Shown: positions 27,580 through 36,579 of the stretch, piece after piece
Numbering within the stretch: position 1 is the stretch's first letter
Layout of the letters: every line of letters starts with the position of its first letter
Notes under the pieces: generated by a model
What the model saw: only the letters and a program-made list of their open reading frames with translations
Databases searched by the model: none
Told to the model about the DNA's origin: nothing
Assembly (NCBI GenBank): GCA_963727455.1
Contig: CAVSGG010000017.1
Coordinates: 32,001 to 96,000 of the forward strand
Origin: Candidatus Krumholzibacteriota bacterium
GTDB lineage: Bacteria; Krumholzibacteriota; Krumholzibacteriia; JAJRXK01
Direction: 5' to 3'
DNA length: 64,000 nt
Made by a program: the position numbers and the translations under genes

Positions 27580-28068
27580 TCATATGCGCTGATAGCTCCA
27601 GGAGAGTGGTTCGTCGTTTTCGTAGGGCATGTAGCCGTGGAAGCAACGCGGATCGTCGTCGAAGACCAGCGGCAAGAAATAGCGATCGCCTTTCCACATG
27701 GGCAGACTATCCAGCTCGCCCAGCTCGTACCAGGCCAGCGTGCCTTCGGCATTCTCTTGAAAGGGAGTGCCTTCGAATTCCTCGATCAAGAAGATGAAGC
27801 CGAGCCAGTCCTCGCCATTGGGACCAAATCCGGTCCAGTTGACGGTGCCCCGTAGCCGCATCTTCCGTACCTGCAAGCTGGTCTCTTCCACGATCTCTCG
27901 CCGCATGCAGCTCACCACGTCTTCGGTGGGAAGCATCTTCCCCCCGACCCCGTTGAATTTGCCGAGCTGGTCGTCGTCGGCCCGGAAAGAGCGGTGGACC
28001 AGAAGAGTTTTGCTGCGATCGGGCGAGAGAATGTAAGCCAGAGTGCCGACGATGGGGGTGTAATGCAT
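27580..28068 (-). CDS. NUDIX hydrolase (8-oxo-dGTP diphosphatase-like)
   Basis: NGVGGK...REIVEET Nudix box, EGTLAW, MWKGD. Confidence 0.9.
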   Translation of the reverse strand: MHYTPIVGTLAYILSPDRSKTLLVHRSFRADDDQLGKFNGVGGKMLPTEDVVSCMRREIVEETSLQVRKMRLRGTVNWTGFGPNGEDWLGFIFLIEEFEGTPFQENAEGTLAWYELGELDSLPMWKGDRYFLPLVFDDDPRCFHGYMPYENDEPLSWSYQRI

Positions 28069-28205
28069 GGAGCTCCTTCCCGAGGCAAGCACGATGCAAC
28101 CATTCGTTGGATTCGTGCGTCTTGCCATAGTAACGTGTACTGACTCCTTGATCATCGATTTTCCGCGCCCGCCCGCGGCGGCTCGCGGCTCCAGTGGAGG
28201 ATCCC

Positions 28206-29354
28206 GTGTCCAAGCGTCTTGCCCGGTGCGCCCTCGCCGCACTCGTTTTTTCCTTGAGTCTTTCTCTTTTCAGCGCCTGCGGCCACCACGGCCCCCACAA
28301 GGATGGTACGGCGGCCGAGTCCGAGGCCTCCGGGGATTCGACGCTGCAGTCCGCGAAGACCGACTCGACGGCGAAGAAGGACGAAGCCATTCCCGTCGAA
28401 ATCGGAGTACTGCGGGAGGGTCCCATGGAGGCGGTGATCAAGTCGTCGACGAACATCGAGGCGGAGAGTCACATCCAAGTGGTCTCGGAGGCTGCCCGAC
28501 GCGTACGCCAACTCCTGGCCGAAGAGGGCGATCACGTCAAAAAGGGCGAGTTGCTCCTGCGACTGCAGGACGAAGATCAACGCAGCGGCGTGGAAAAGGC
28601 AAAGTCACAACTCGAACATTCGCGCGATGAGCTCACTCGCCAACAGGAGTTGCAGAAGAAGGGACTGACCACCGATCAGGCCCTCAAGGACGCGCGTTAC
28701 ACCTTCGAGCAGAACAAGCTGGCTTACGACGACGCAATGCGCGAGCTGAGCTATACCGAGGTGCGCGCTCCGATCGCCGGGACCATTACCAAGCGCCTGG
28801 TCAGCCTGGGCGACAATGTCACCGTCGGACAGCCCCTATTCGAGATCATCGACTTCGAGTCGATGGTGGCGCGCGTTTACATTCCCGAGGACGATCTGCC
28901 TCGACTGGCTCTGGGCCAGATCGCGCGGGTGCGCGCGTCGGCCGCGCGTGAAAAGGCCTACCACGGCGTAGTTTCGAGAATCTCTCCGGTGGTGGATGCG
29001 AAGAGCGGTACCGTGAAAGTGACAATTGCGTTGGGAGAGCAACCGGGCCTGAGACCGGGGCTCTTCGTGGATCTCGACCTGATTACCGCCGTGGACCAGA
29101 GCGCTCTGAGAATGCCCAAACGCGCCCTGGTCTACGACAACGACCAGATCTTCGCTTACCGCCTGGTGGCCGAGCGAAAGGTCGAGAAACTTCCCGTGGT
29201 GCCGGGTCTCACCGGGCAGGACTACTTGCAGCCTCTCACCAATTTCGCAGAGGGAGACACGGTCGTGGTGACCGGGCAGGCGGCGCTGAAAGATGGTGCC
29301 AGAGTGCGCGTTGTCAACGCCGATGCTCTGACTGCGGAGGCCACGCAGCAGTGA
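28206..29354 (+). CDS. RND efflux periplasmic adaptor (MFP), lipoprotein
   Basis: Lipobox-like FSAC; EGDHVKKGELL, VRAPIAG, ISPVVD, LRPGLF. Confidence 0.93.
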   Translation: MSKRLARCALAALVFSLSLSLFSACGHHGPHKDGTAAESEASGDSTLQSAKTDSTAKKDEAIPVEIGVLREGPMEAVIKSSTNIEAESHIQVVSEAARRVRQLLAEEGDHVKKGELLLRLQDEDQRSGVEKAKSQLEHSRDELTRQQELQKKGLTTDQALKDARYTFEQNKLAYDDAMRELSYTEVRAPIAGTITKRLVSLGDNVTVGQPLFEIIDFESMVARVYIPEDDLPRLALGQIARVRASAAREKAYHGVVSRISPVVDAKSGTVKVTIALGEQPGLRPGLFVDLDLITAVDQSALRMPKRALVYDNDQIFAYRLVAERKVEKLPVVPGLTGQDYLQPLTNFAEGDTVVVTGQAALKDGARVRVVNADALTAEATQQ

Positions 29355-32300
29355 GTTCCAAGACGGTTCGTTCCTTTGTGACCGACCGGCCGGTAGCGGT
29401 ATTGATGCTCTTCATCGCTGCGGTCGTGTTTGGTGGATTCTCCTACGGGAGACTCGCGCTCACCTTGATGCCCGAGTTGAGCTATCCCACGCTCACGGTA
29501 CGAACAGAATATCCCGGCGCTGCCCCGGAGGAAGTGGAGAACGATATCTCCCGACCGGTAGAGGAGGCCCTGGGAGTGATCGGGGGCCTGCGCAAGATCA
29601 GCAGCGTGAGTCGCTCCGAAGTGAGCGACGTGGTGCTGGAGTTCTCCTGGGACACCAATATCAACGACGCCACCCAGTCGGTGCTCGAACGCCTCGACCT
29701 GGTCTTTCTTCCCGACGAGGCGAAACGACCCCTCATTCTGCACTTTGATCCCTCCCTGGATCCTGTGATGGAGCTGAGCCTCTCCGGCAAGGGAAAGCGC
29801 TTCGAAGGCGAGGAGGGGCTGCGCAGATTGCGCCGCCTGGCGGATTTGTACGTAAAGCGCCAGCTGGAGCCCATCAAGGGGGTCGCCGCGGTCCGGGTGA
29901 AGGGCGGTTTGGAAGAGGAGATCAACATCCTGCTCGACGAAGGTGAGCTGCGTCGCACCGGCATTCCCATTCAGCAGGTCATCGATCGTCTCGCACAGGA
30001 GAACATCAACGTGGCCGGCGGCACCATTCAGGAGGGCCGCACGGAGTACCTCGTACGCACCCTGAACGAATACGAAAACCTGGGCCAGATCGAAGATACC
30101 ATCGTGGCCAGCATCAATGGCCGCGACGTGAGAGTAAAGGATCTGGGCAAGGTCGAGTTTTCGCACAAAGAGCGGCAGATCGTAACGCACACCGACGGCA
30201 GCGAGAGCGTTCAGATCGAGATTTACAAAGAGGCCGACGCCAACATCGTATCTCTGGCGAAGAACGTGAAGTTCCTCGTGGGCAAGGTCGACCCCGAATC
30301 GGATTCCAACCGCGGACTGTCGGGACAAATCTACAAGGACGAGGGCGCGCTACTCAAAGTCGTGGCCGACCGCTCCGTGTTCATCGAGAGCTCGATCAAA
30401 GAGCTACGAAACACAGCGCTGCTCGGTGGACTCCTGGCAATCTTCGTCCTCTACCTCTTCCTGCGGGAGTTCCGGAGCACTGCGATCATCGCCGTCAGCA
30501 TTCCGATCTCACTCTTGGTTACTTTCGCTCCCATGCACCTCTTCGGGGTGTCGCTCAACATCATGTCCCTAGGTGGGCTCGCCTTGGGGATAGGGATGTT
30601 GGTGGACTCGTCCATCGTCGTGCTGGAATCGATCCATCGCTGCCGGCAGGAAGGGGACGACTTTGTTCCGGCCGCAGTGCGAGGAACCCAGGAAGTGCGT
30701 TCCGCGGTATGGGCATCGACCCTCACCTCGATCGCGGTATTCTTCCCCATGGTATTCGTGCAGGGAGTTGCCGGGCAGGCTTTCGGCGATCTCGGATTGG
30801 CGGTAGTGGCGTCCCTCTTGGCCTCGGCGGCGGTGGCACTTTACCTCATTCCCATGCTGGCCAGCCGCAGCGGAGTCAAGGTGGAGGAACTCAGCGCCAA
30901 CGATCTGGGGCTTGCCCGCTTCGTCAGCTTCAGGAGATTCAAGAGCGCGTTCCGCGATCGCTCGCCGCGCGCGCGCATTCTGCTCATCGCAACGTTGCTC
31001 CCCGCCCTGTACTTCCTGCTACGTCTCTTGGTGGGAATTCTGCTCGAGCTCGTCGGAAAGCTCTTCTTGATCCTGTTCATGCTGGTGGTGGGCATCCTGC
31101 GGCGCATCTTGTGGCCGCTCGGCGCCCGCGTGCTCCACCTGGTCTTGTTCTTGTTCTTGAAAGCCACGAATGTCGGTCTGGGATGGCTACAGAGAGTGTA
31201 TCCCCCCGCCCTGCGCTGGATCCTGGCCAACCCGAGCATCACCATCGTCTTCATGTTGGCCGCCCTGGGAACGACGATTCTCGTGGGCGCTTCTCTCGAC
31301 AACGAGTTGTTGCCCCAGGTTCACCAGGGTGAATTCACGGTCGAGGTCAAGCTTCCGGTGGGTACCCCCCTGCAGGAGACCATGGCGCGGCTGGAGCCGG
31401 TGGAGAATGCCATCCTCACCAACAAGAAGGGGATCGAATCCCTGATCGTCACCTATGGCTACGATCCGGCGCAATCGGAAGAGTCGGACGAAGGGGAGCA
31501 CACCGCAAAGTTCAAGGTTCTGCTCGCCAAGGGCTCACGCGGGGCCAAGTCCGAGGAGAGGATCATCAAGAGCCTCAGAGCGCGCTTGGCGGATCTGCCC
31601 GACGTCAACGCACAGATCACGCGCCCAGTTCTGTTTTCCTCGAAGACCCCGGTCGAAGTGGAGATTTACGGTGACGATCTCGTCGAGCTTCGGCGCATGT
31701 CCGAGCGCGTGGGCAATGTCATGGCTGCGATGCCCGCTCTTGCCGATGTCGAAGCCACTCTGCAGAGCGGCGCGCCGGAAATCCAGGTCGTCTACGACCG
31801 CGATCGTCTGTCCCGCTTCGGTTTGAACATTCTGAAAGTCGCGCAGATGGTGCGCGACAAGGTTCAGGGACACGAGGCCACGCGTTTCAACCTCCTCGAC
31901 CGGCGCGTACCCATCTTGGTGCGCTTGGACGAGCGAGAACGAGAAACCGTCAGTGACGTGGAAGGTCTCGTCGTCAATCCGGAAGGCGAGCGCCCCATCA
32001 CCCTGGGATCCGTAGCAAAAGTGGAAGTGGGAGAGGGTCCGAGCGAGGTGCGACGAGTGGACGGCCGGCGCGTGGCGCTCATTCTCGCCAACCTGAACCA
32101 GGGTTCCTTGAGCGAGGCGGTGAATTCCATCCGCAGCGAGCTGCGGCGACAGGTGGATTGGCCGACGGGAATGGGATTTTACATCAGTGGGCAGAATGAA
32201 GAGTGGGAGCGTAGCAAGGGGAGCCTCTATCTCGCCTTGGCCCTTTCGATCTTTCTCGTGTACGTGATCATGGCAATCCAGTTCGAGTCGTTGCTGCATC

Positions 32301-32776
32301 CTCTCGTGGTCATGTTCAGTATTCCCCTGGCCTTCTTCGGAACGGTCATCGTGCTGAAGTTTCTCGGTTTCGCACTTTCGGTCGTGGTGTTCCTGGGAAT
32401 GATCATGCTGGCGGGAATCGTGGTGAACAATGCCATCGTTCTGGTGGACTACGTAAACCAGCTGCGCCGCCGGGGCCTCGAGATCGAGGAGGCCATCGTC
32501 GAAGCGGGAAGCGTGCGTTTGCGGCCCATTCTCATGACGACGGCTACCACCGTGTTGGGGCTCTTGCCGATGGCGCTGGGCCTGGGGGACGGCTCGGAGA
32601 TTCGCACTCCCATGGCCGTATCCGTCATCAGCGGACTTCTTTCCTCGACCGTGCTCACATTGCTCATCATCCCCAGCTTCTACCTCATGCTCGATACGCT
32701 GGTCTCCCGCATCCGCGAGCGGATCACCACGAAGACCGAGATCGCCGAGGTGGAGAGTGGGCGGAGTGAACCATGA
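29351..32776 (+). CDS. RND efflux transporter permease subunit 1
   Basis: RPVAV, YPGAAPEEVE, GMLVDSSIVVLE, GIVVNNAIVLVD, RLRPILMT. Confidence 0.95.
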   Translation: MSSKTVRSFVTDRPVAVLMLFIAAVVFGGFSYGRLALTLMPELSYPTLTVRTEYPGAAPEEVENDISRPVEEALGVIGGLRKISSVSRSEVSDVVLEFSWDTNINDATQSVLERLDLVFLPDEAKRPLILHFDPSLDPVMELSLSGKGKRFEGEEGLRRLRRLADLYVKRQLEPIKGVAAVRVKGGLEEEINILLDEGELRRTGIPIQQVIDRLAQENINVAGGTIQEGRTEYLVRTLNEYENLGQIEDTIVASINGRDVRVKDLGKVEFSHKERQIVTHTDGSESVQIEIYKEADANIVSLAKNVKFLVGKVDPESDSNRGLSGQIYKDEGALLKVVADRSVFIESSIKELRNTALLGGLLAIFVLYLFLREFRSTAIIAVSIPISLLVTFAPMHLFGVSLNIMSLGGLALGIGMLVDSSIVVLESIHRCRQEGDDFVPAAVRGTQEVRSAVWASTLTSIAVFFPMVFVQGVAGQAFGDLGLAVVASLLASAAVALYLIPMLASRSGVKVEELSANDLGLARFVSFRRFKSAFRDRSPRARILLIATLLPALYFLLRLLVGILLELVGKLFLILFMLVVGILRRILWPLGARVLHLVLFLFLKATNVGLGWLQRVYPPALRWILANPSITIVFMLAALGTTILVGASLDNELLPQVHQGEFTVEVKLPVGTPLQETMARLEPVENAILTNKKGIESLIVTYGYDPAQSEESDEGEHTAKFKVLLAKGSRGAKSEERIIKSLRARLADLPDVNAQITRPVLFSSKTPVEVEIYGDDLVELRRMSERVGNVMAAMPALADVEATLQSGAPEIQVVYDRDRLSRFGLNILKVAQMVRDKVQGHEATRFNLLDRRVPILVRLDERERETVSDVEGLVVNPEGERPITLGSVAKVEVGEGPSEVRRVDGRRVALILANLNQGSLSEAVNSIRSELRRQVDWPTGMGFYISGQNEEWERSKGSLYLALALSIFLVYVIMAIQFESLLHPLVVMFSIPLAFFGTVIVLKFLGFALSVVVFLGMIMLAGIVVNNAIVLVDYVNQLRRRGLEIEEAIVEAGSVRLRPILMTTATTVLGLLPMALGLGDGSEIRTPMAVSVISGLLSSTVLTLLIIPSFYLMLDTLVSRIRERITTKTEIAEVESGRSEP

Positions 32777-32806
32777 CCCCCAGGCCTTCCGGCTAAGGAA
32801 CCCTCG

Positions 32807-35800
32807 CTGCCGCGCTTTTCCCTGCGGCGACCCATTACGGTCTTGGTCCTTTTGGGCGCGGTCGTCGTGGTGGGCGTGGTGGCCGCGCTCGGAATCCCGG
32901 TCGAACTCATCCCCAAGGGCTTCACCAACCCCTCGCTGACCATCTTCGTCCCCTGGCGGGATGCACCGCCACGCGAGGTACTCGAGAAGATCGTGCAGCC
33001 CCTGGAAGACGAGATGGGTACGGTGCGCGGTTTGGACAGAGTGTCGTCGGCGTCCTCGGTGGGGCGAGCGCGTGTCTTTTTGCGTTTCAAGCAGAGCACC
33101 GACATGGATCTGGCCTATCGCGAGGTGCGCGACCGGGTCGAACGGGCGCGCCGTTCGTTTCCCGATGACGTGGACGAGGTCTACATCTTCAAGCACGACA
33201 CCTCGGGGATCCCCGTGTACGTAGTGGGAGTCGCCGTCGATCCTGACGTGAGCGACACCTACAATCTCATCCAGAAACAGATTGTGTTGCCCCTGGAACG
33301 CACCGACGGGGTGGCCAAAGTCGAAGTGCAGGGCCTCGAGGAGAAGGAGATTCTGATCGAGCTGGATCGGGACCGCACCGAGGCCAGCGGGCTCAACATC
33401 TATCAGATGGCCCAAGAGCTCGGCAGCGATTCCTTTACCATGGCTAGCGGAAAGGTCTACGAAGGGGGAAAGAAACTGCTGCTGCGTTCGGTGGCGCGCT
33501 ACTCGAACATCGAGGAGTTGCGCAACCGGCCGGTCGCTCCGGGGATTCGCCTGCGCGACATCGCCACCGTCAAGTATGAAGAACCCGAGAAGCGTTATCG
33601 CGTGCGCGCCATGAGCCGCCCCGCCTATGCCCTGGTGGTATTCAAGGAGGGCGAGGCCAACGCCCGCGCCGTCTGCCGTCGTCTCGACAAGGTCTACGAG
33701 GAGCTCGATTCGGATCCGCGTCTCTCGAGCGTCGAGTTCCTGGAAATCTTCGATCAGGGCGACGTGATCCAAGAGAGTCTCACCACTCTGCTCCAGAGCG
33801 GCGCCATCGGAGGTCTGATCGCCGGTCTGGTCCTCTTTTTCTTCTTGCGGAGATTCCGGGTGACCATGGTGGTGAACCTGGCCATCCCCTTGAGTTTGCT
33901 CGTGTCTCTCACCGTGATGTTCTTCGCCGGTCAGTCGATCAACATCATCTCGATGCTTGCACTCATGGTGAGCGTCGGACTCTTGGTGGACAACTCCGTG
34001 GTGGTGGCGGAGAACATCGACCGCATGCACAAGACCGGTCTCAGCCGTCACGACGCTGCAATCTGGGGGGCGGGGGAGATCGGCATTGCCATCACCATGT
34101 CTACCCTGACCACCGTCATCGTCTTCTTGCCGGTCGCTTTGGTGCAGGGACCCGGCCAGTTCTTCCTCTTACGAATGGCGATTCCCATTTCCGTCGCCCT
34201 CTTGGCCTCCTTGCTGGTAGCGCTGGTCTGTATTCCCCTGGGTGTGTACCTCACTCTTCCCCGGGGAGAATCGAAGCCGAACGGTGGCAACGGAGCTGTG
34301 CGCCGCCAGCTGCACCGCGCCTACGAGCGCAGCTTCGGGCCGATGAACCGCTGGTACAATCGGATGCTCGCCCACGCGCTCGGGATGCGATTGGATCTGG
34401 TGCTCGCGCTCGTCGTGGTCTTTGCCGCCACGATAGGAATCATGAAGGCGAGGAACCTCCGCTTCGTCGACGTGCAGGACAACGAGCGCAGTGGCTTCGA
34501 CATCGACGTGGAGATGCCGGAAACCTACACCCTCGAGGAAACGGCGCAGTGGTTCCTCCGCGCCGAGAAGATCGTTCAGGATCATAGAGAGGAGCTCGGA
34601 CTGGAGGGTTGGTTTCTCTGGCACAGCAAGACCCGCGGCGAATTGGAAGGGTGGTTCACCACTCCTCGAAGTTCCAAGCTCTCTCCCAACGAAGTGACGG
34701 CGCGGGTCATGGCGCTTTTGCCCAAAAGGCCCGGAATGGAGCTGCACTCGGGTGAGGATTCTCCGGTGGAGGATGCGAAGGGGCAAAACACCTTCCGCGT
34801 GACGCTCAATGGAGAGAGCGTCGACATTCTGGATCGCGTCGCCGATCAGCTCTCCGATGTCTTCTTGCGCGTGCCCGGCGTTTTGGCGATGAAGAAGGCC
34901 GATGACCGCCCACCCAACGAATTGGGGCTGGTCATCGATCGCGATCGCGTCCAGCGCTTCGGAGTGAATCCAGCGGTGGTGGCGGGAGTGGTCGGCTACG
35001 CGCTTCGCGGGCAGGCTCTTCCCAAATACCGGGACGAAGGGAAGGAAGTCCCGGTTCGCGTACGTTACCAGGAGAAGGATCGCGACAATCTTGCGGCATT
35101 GGAGAGCTTCATGGTCCCGACCGCGAGCGGAGGAGGTTTGCCGCTGTCCGCCGTGACCGAGGTGAAACCACTCAAGAGTCCATCTACCATTTGGCGGCGC
35201 GACAAGAGAATCTCACGCACCATCACCCTGGACCTCAAGGACGACGAGGCCAAACAAGCTCGCGAAGACCTGCGCGCCATCATGAAGGACCTGGACTTGC
35301 CAGAGGGCGTCTCCTTTTCCGATGCGACGCCTCAGAAGAAACTCGACGAGGATCTGAAGGGACTCATCTTCGCGCTCATGATCTCGGTGGTCTTCATCTA
35401 CCTGCTCATGGGTCTGCTCTTCGAGAGTTTCATTCTGCCGCTCTCGATCATCTTCACCATTCCTTTGGCCAGTCTCGGCGTCATCTGGATCCATCTCCTG
35501 GCTGGGATGGACATCGACTTCTTGGGTGCAGTTGGAGTGGTGCTGTTGGTGGGCGTCGTCGTGAACAACGGAATCGTGCTCATCGACTACGTCAATCGAC
35601 TGCGCGCGGAAGGAAAACCGCGTCGCGACGCCATCCTTTTGGCGGCGGACCGGCGCTTCCGTCCCATCATGATGACCGCGATCACCACCATCGGCGGAAT
35701 GATTCCGCTGGCGCTCAGTGGACGGATGGAATCGGGAATCTCCTACACGAGCTTTTCGTTGACTCTGATCGGCGGGATGACGACCGCGACGCTGCTCACC

Positions 35801-35911
35801 CTGCTCGTGGTGCCGGTCTTCTATACCTTCTTCGACGATCTGCGCGCCGCCTTCGAAGCGGCACTGCGACGCGTGCTGCGCGTGCGCCGTACCGCCACGA
35901 AGAGCGTCTGA
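32807..35911 (+). CDS. RND efflux transporter permease subunit 2 (start anomalous)
   Basis: GLLVDNSVVVAENI, GVVVNNGIVLID, RFRPIMMT; conserved N-terminal LPRFSLRRP lies upstream of the first TTG (32843), so CTG 32807 is used. Confidence 0.92.
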   Translation: MPRFSLRRPITVLVLLGAVVVVGVVAALGIPVELIPKGFTNPSLTIFVPWRDAPPREVLEKIVQPLEDEMGTVRGLDRVSSASSVGRARVFLRFKQSTDMDLAYREVRDRVERARRSFPDDVDEVYIFKHDTSGIPVYVVGVAVDPDVSDTYNLIQKQIVLPLERTDGVAKVEVQGLEEKEILIELDRDRTEASGLNIYQMAQELGSDSFTMASGKVYEGGKKLLLRSVARYSNIEELRNRPVAPGIRLRDIATVKYEEPEKRYRVRAMSRPAYALVVFKEGEANARAVCRRLDKVYEELDSDPRLSSVEFLEIFDQGDVIQESLTTLLQSGAIGGLIAGLVLFFFLRRFRVTMVVNLAIPLSLLVSLTVMFFAGQSINIISMLALMVSVGLLVDNSVVVAENIDRMHKTGLSRHDAAIWGAGEIGIAITMSTLTTVIVFLPVALVQGPGQFFLLRMAIPISVALLASLLVALVCIPLGVYLTLPRGESKPNGGNGAVRRQLHRAYERSFGPMNRWYNRMLAHALGMRLDLVLALVVVFAATIGIMKARNLRFVDVQDNERSGFDIDVEMPETYTLEETAQWFLRAEKIVQDHREELGLEGWFLWHSKTRGELEGWFTTPRSSKLSPNEVTARVMALLPKRPGMELHSGEDSPVEDAKGQNTFRVTLNGESVDILDRVADQLSDVFLRVPGVLAMKKADDRPPNELGLVIDRDRVQRFGVNPAVVAGVVGYALRGQALPKYRDEGKEVPVRVRYQEKDRDNLAALESFMVPTASGGGLPLSAVTEVKPLKSPSTIWRRDKRISRTITLDLKDDEAKQAREDLRAIMKDLDLPEGVSFSDATPQKKLDEDLKGLIFALMISVVFIYLLMGLLFESFILPLSIIFTIPLASLGVIWIHLLAGMDIDFLGAVGVVLLVGVVVNNGIVLIDYVNRLRAEGKPRRDAILLAADRRFRPIMMTAITTIGGMIPLALSGRMESGISYTSFSLTLIGGMTTATLLTLLVVPVFYTFFDDLRAAFEAALRRVLRVRRTATKSV

Positions 35912-35915
35912 ACCC

Positions 35916-35944
35916 GATCCGGGGAATCTGAAGAAATCCGGATC
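35916..35944. terminator. Possible hairpin between convergent genes
   Basis: GATCCGG (35916-35922) / CCGGATC (35938-35944); long loop and no clear U-tract. Confidence 0.25.
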
Positions 35945-36533
35945 AGGGACGTGTGAATCTCGACTTGATCACGCCCCAACTGCGCTCTGCCGTCTCCACT
36001 CCGGCGCAGTCGGTGTCGTTGTAGTCGTAGAATCCGTCGCCATCATTATCCAAGCCCTTGCCGTCGCCGCTGTAGTCCTCGCCGCCGTTGTTCCTGCCGA
36101 TCGCGCAGGGCTGGGTGAGGTTTACGTCCGAGCGGCCATAGTAGGCCGGAAGGGTGGTCTCGGGAGGAGGAGTGCCGTCGCTCGTATGACAGCTGGTCGT
36201 GCAGCTAGTGATGCCGTGGTCCACCGCGTGGGCTTTCCTCAGCCCCTCACCCATGTGACATCCGTTGCAGCCGTGGTTGGGGTCTGTACTGCTGGCGTCG
36301 GTGTGAGGACTGCCGAAGCTGGTATAATGGCAGAGACCGCAGGTGGAGGTCATCTGACTGCCGCCCACGTGCAAGTCGTGCAACGCTCCCTGGTTTTGGA
36401 AAGTGAGATGACAGGTGACACAGCCGCCGCTCCCGTTGTTTGCGTAGGTCTCGTACGCGAAAGCGGAGGTGGTGGCGAAGAACAGGGCGATCAGCGCAAA
36501 GGCCAATACGCCCACCAAGATCCGTTTGGTCAT
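35943..36533 (-). CDS. Small secreted multiheme c-type cytochrome
   Basis: Signal peptide; CVTCH, CGLCH, CNGCH and CTTSCH; DNDGDG Ca-binding-like loop; SWGVIKSRF tail. Confidence 0.85.
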   Translation of the reverse strand: MTKRILVGVLAFALIALFFATTSAFAYETYANNGSGGCVTCHLTFQNQGALHDLHVGGSQMTSTCGLCHYTSFGSPHTDASSTDPNHGCNGCHMGEGLRKAHAVDHGITSCTTSCHTSDGTPPPETTLPAYYGRSDVNLTQPCAIGRNNGGEDYSGDGKGLDNDGDGFYDYNDTDCAGVETAERSWGVIKSRFTRP

Positions 36534-36579
36534 GGAATCCTCCTCGTATGAGTTCCCAAAATAAAAGATAGGTCGACCT

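Noticed and set aside
32774-32776. Selenocysteine UGA joining the two RND genes
   Set aside because: The position is a non-catalytic linker, not a Cys-equivalent site, and I could not identify a convincing SECIS hairpin.
31535-34051. 838-aa minus-strand ORF and similar long antisense ORFs (e.g. 11367-12506, 53827-54999)
   Set aside because: Shadow ORFs opposite well-supported genes in GC-rich DNA, with no protein motifs.
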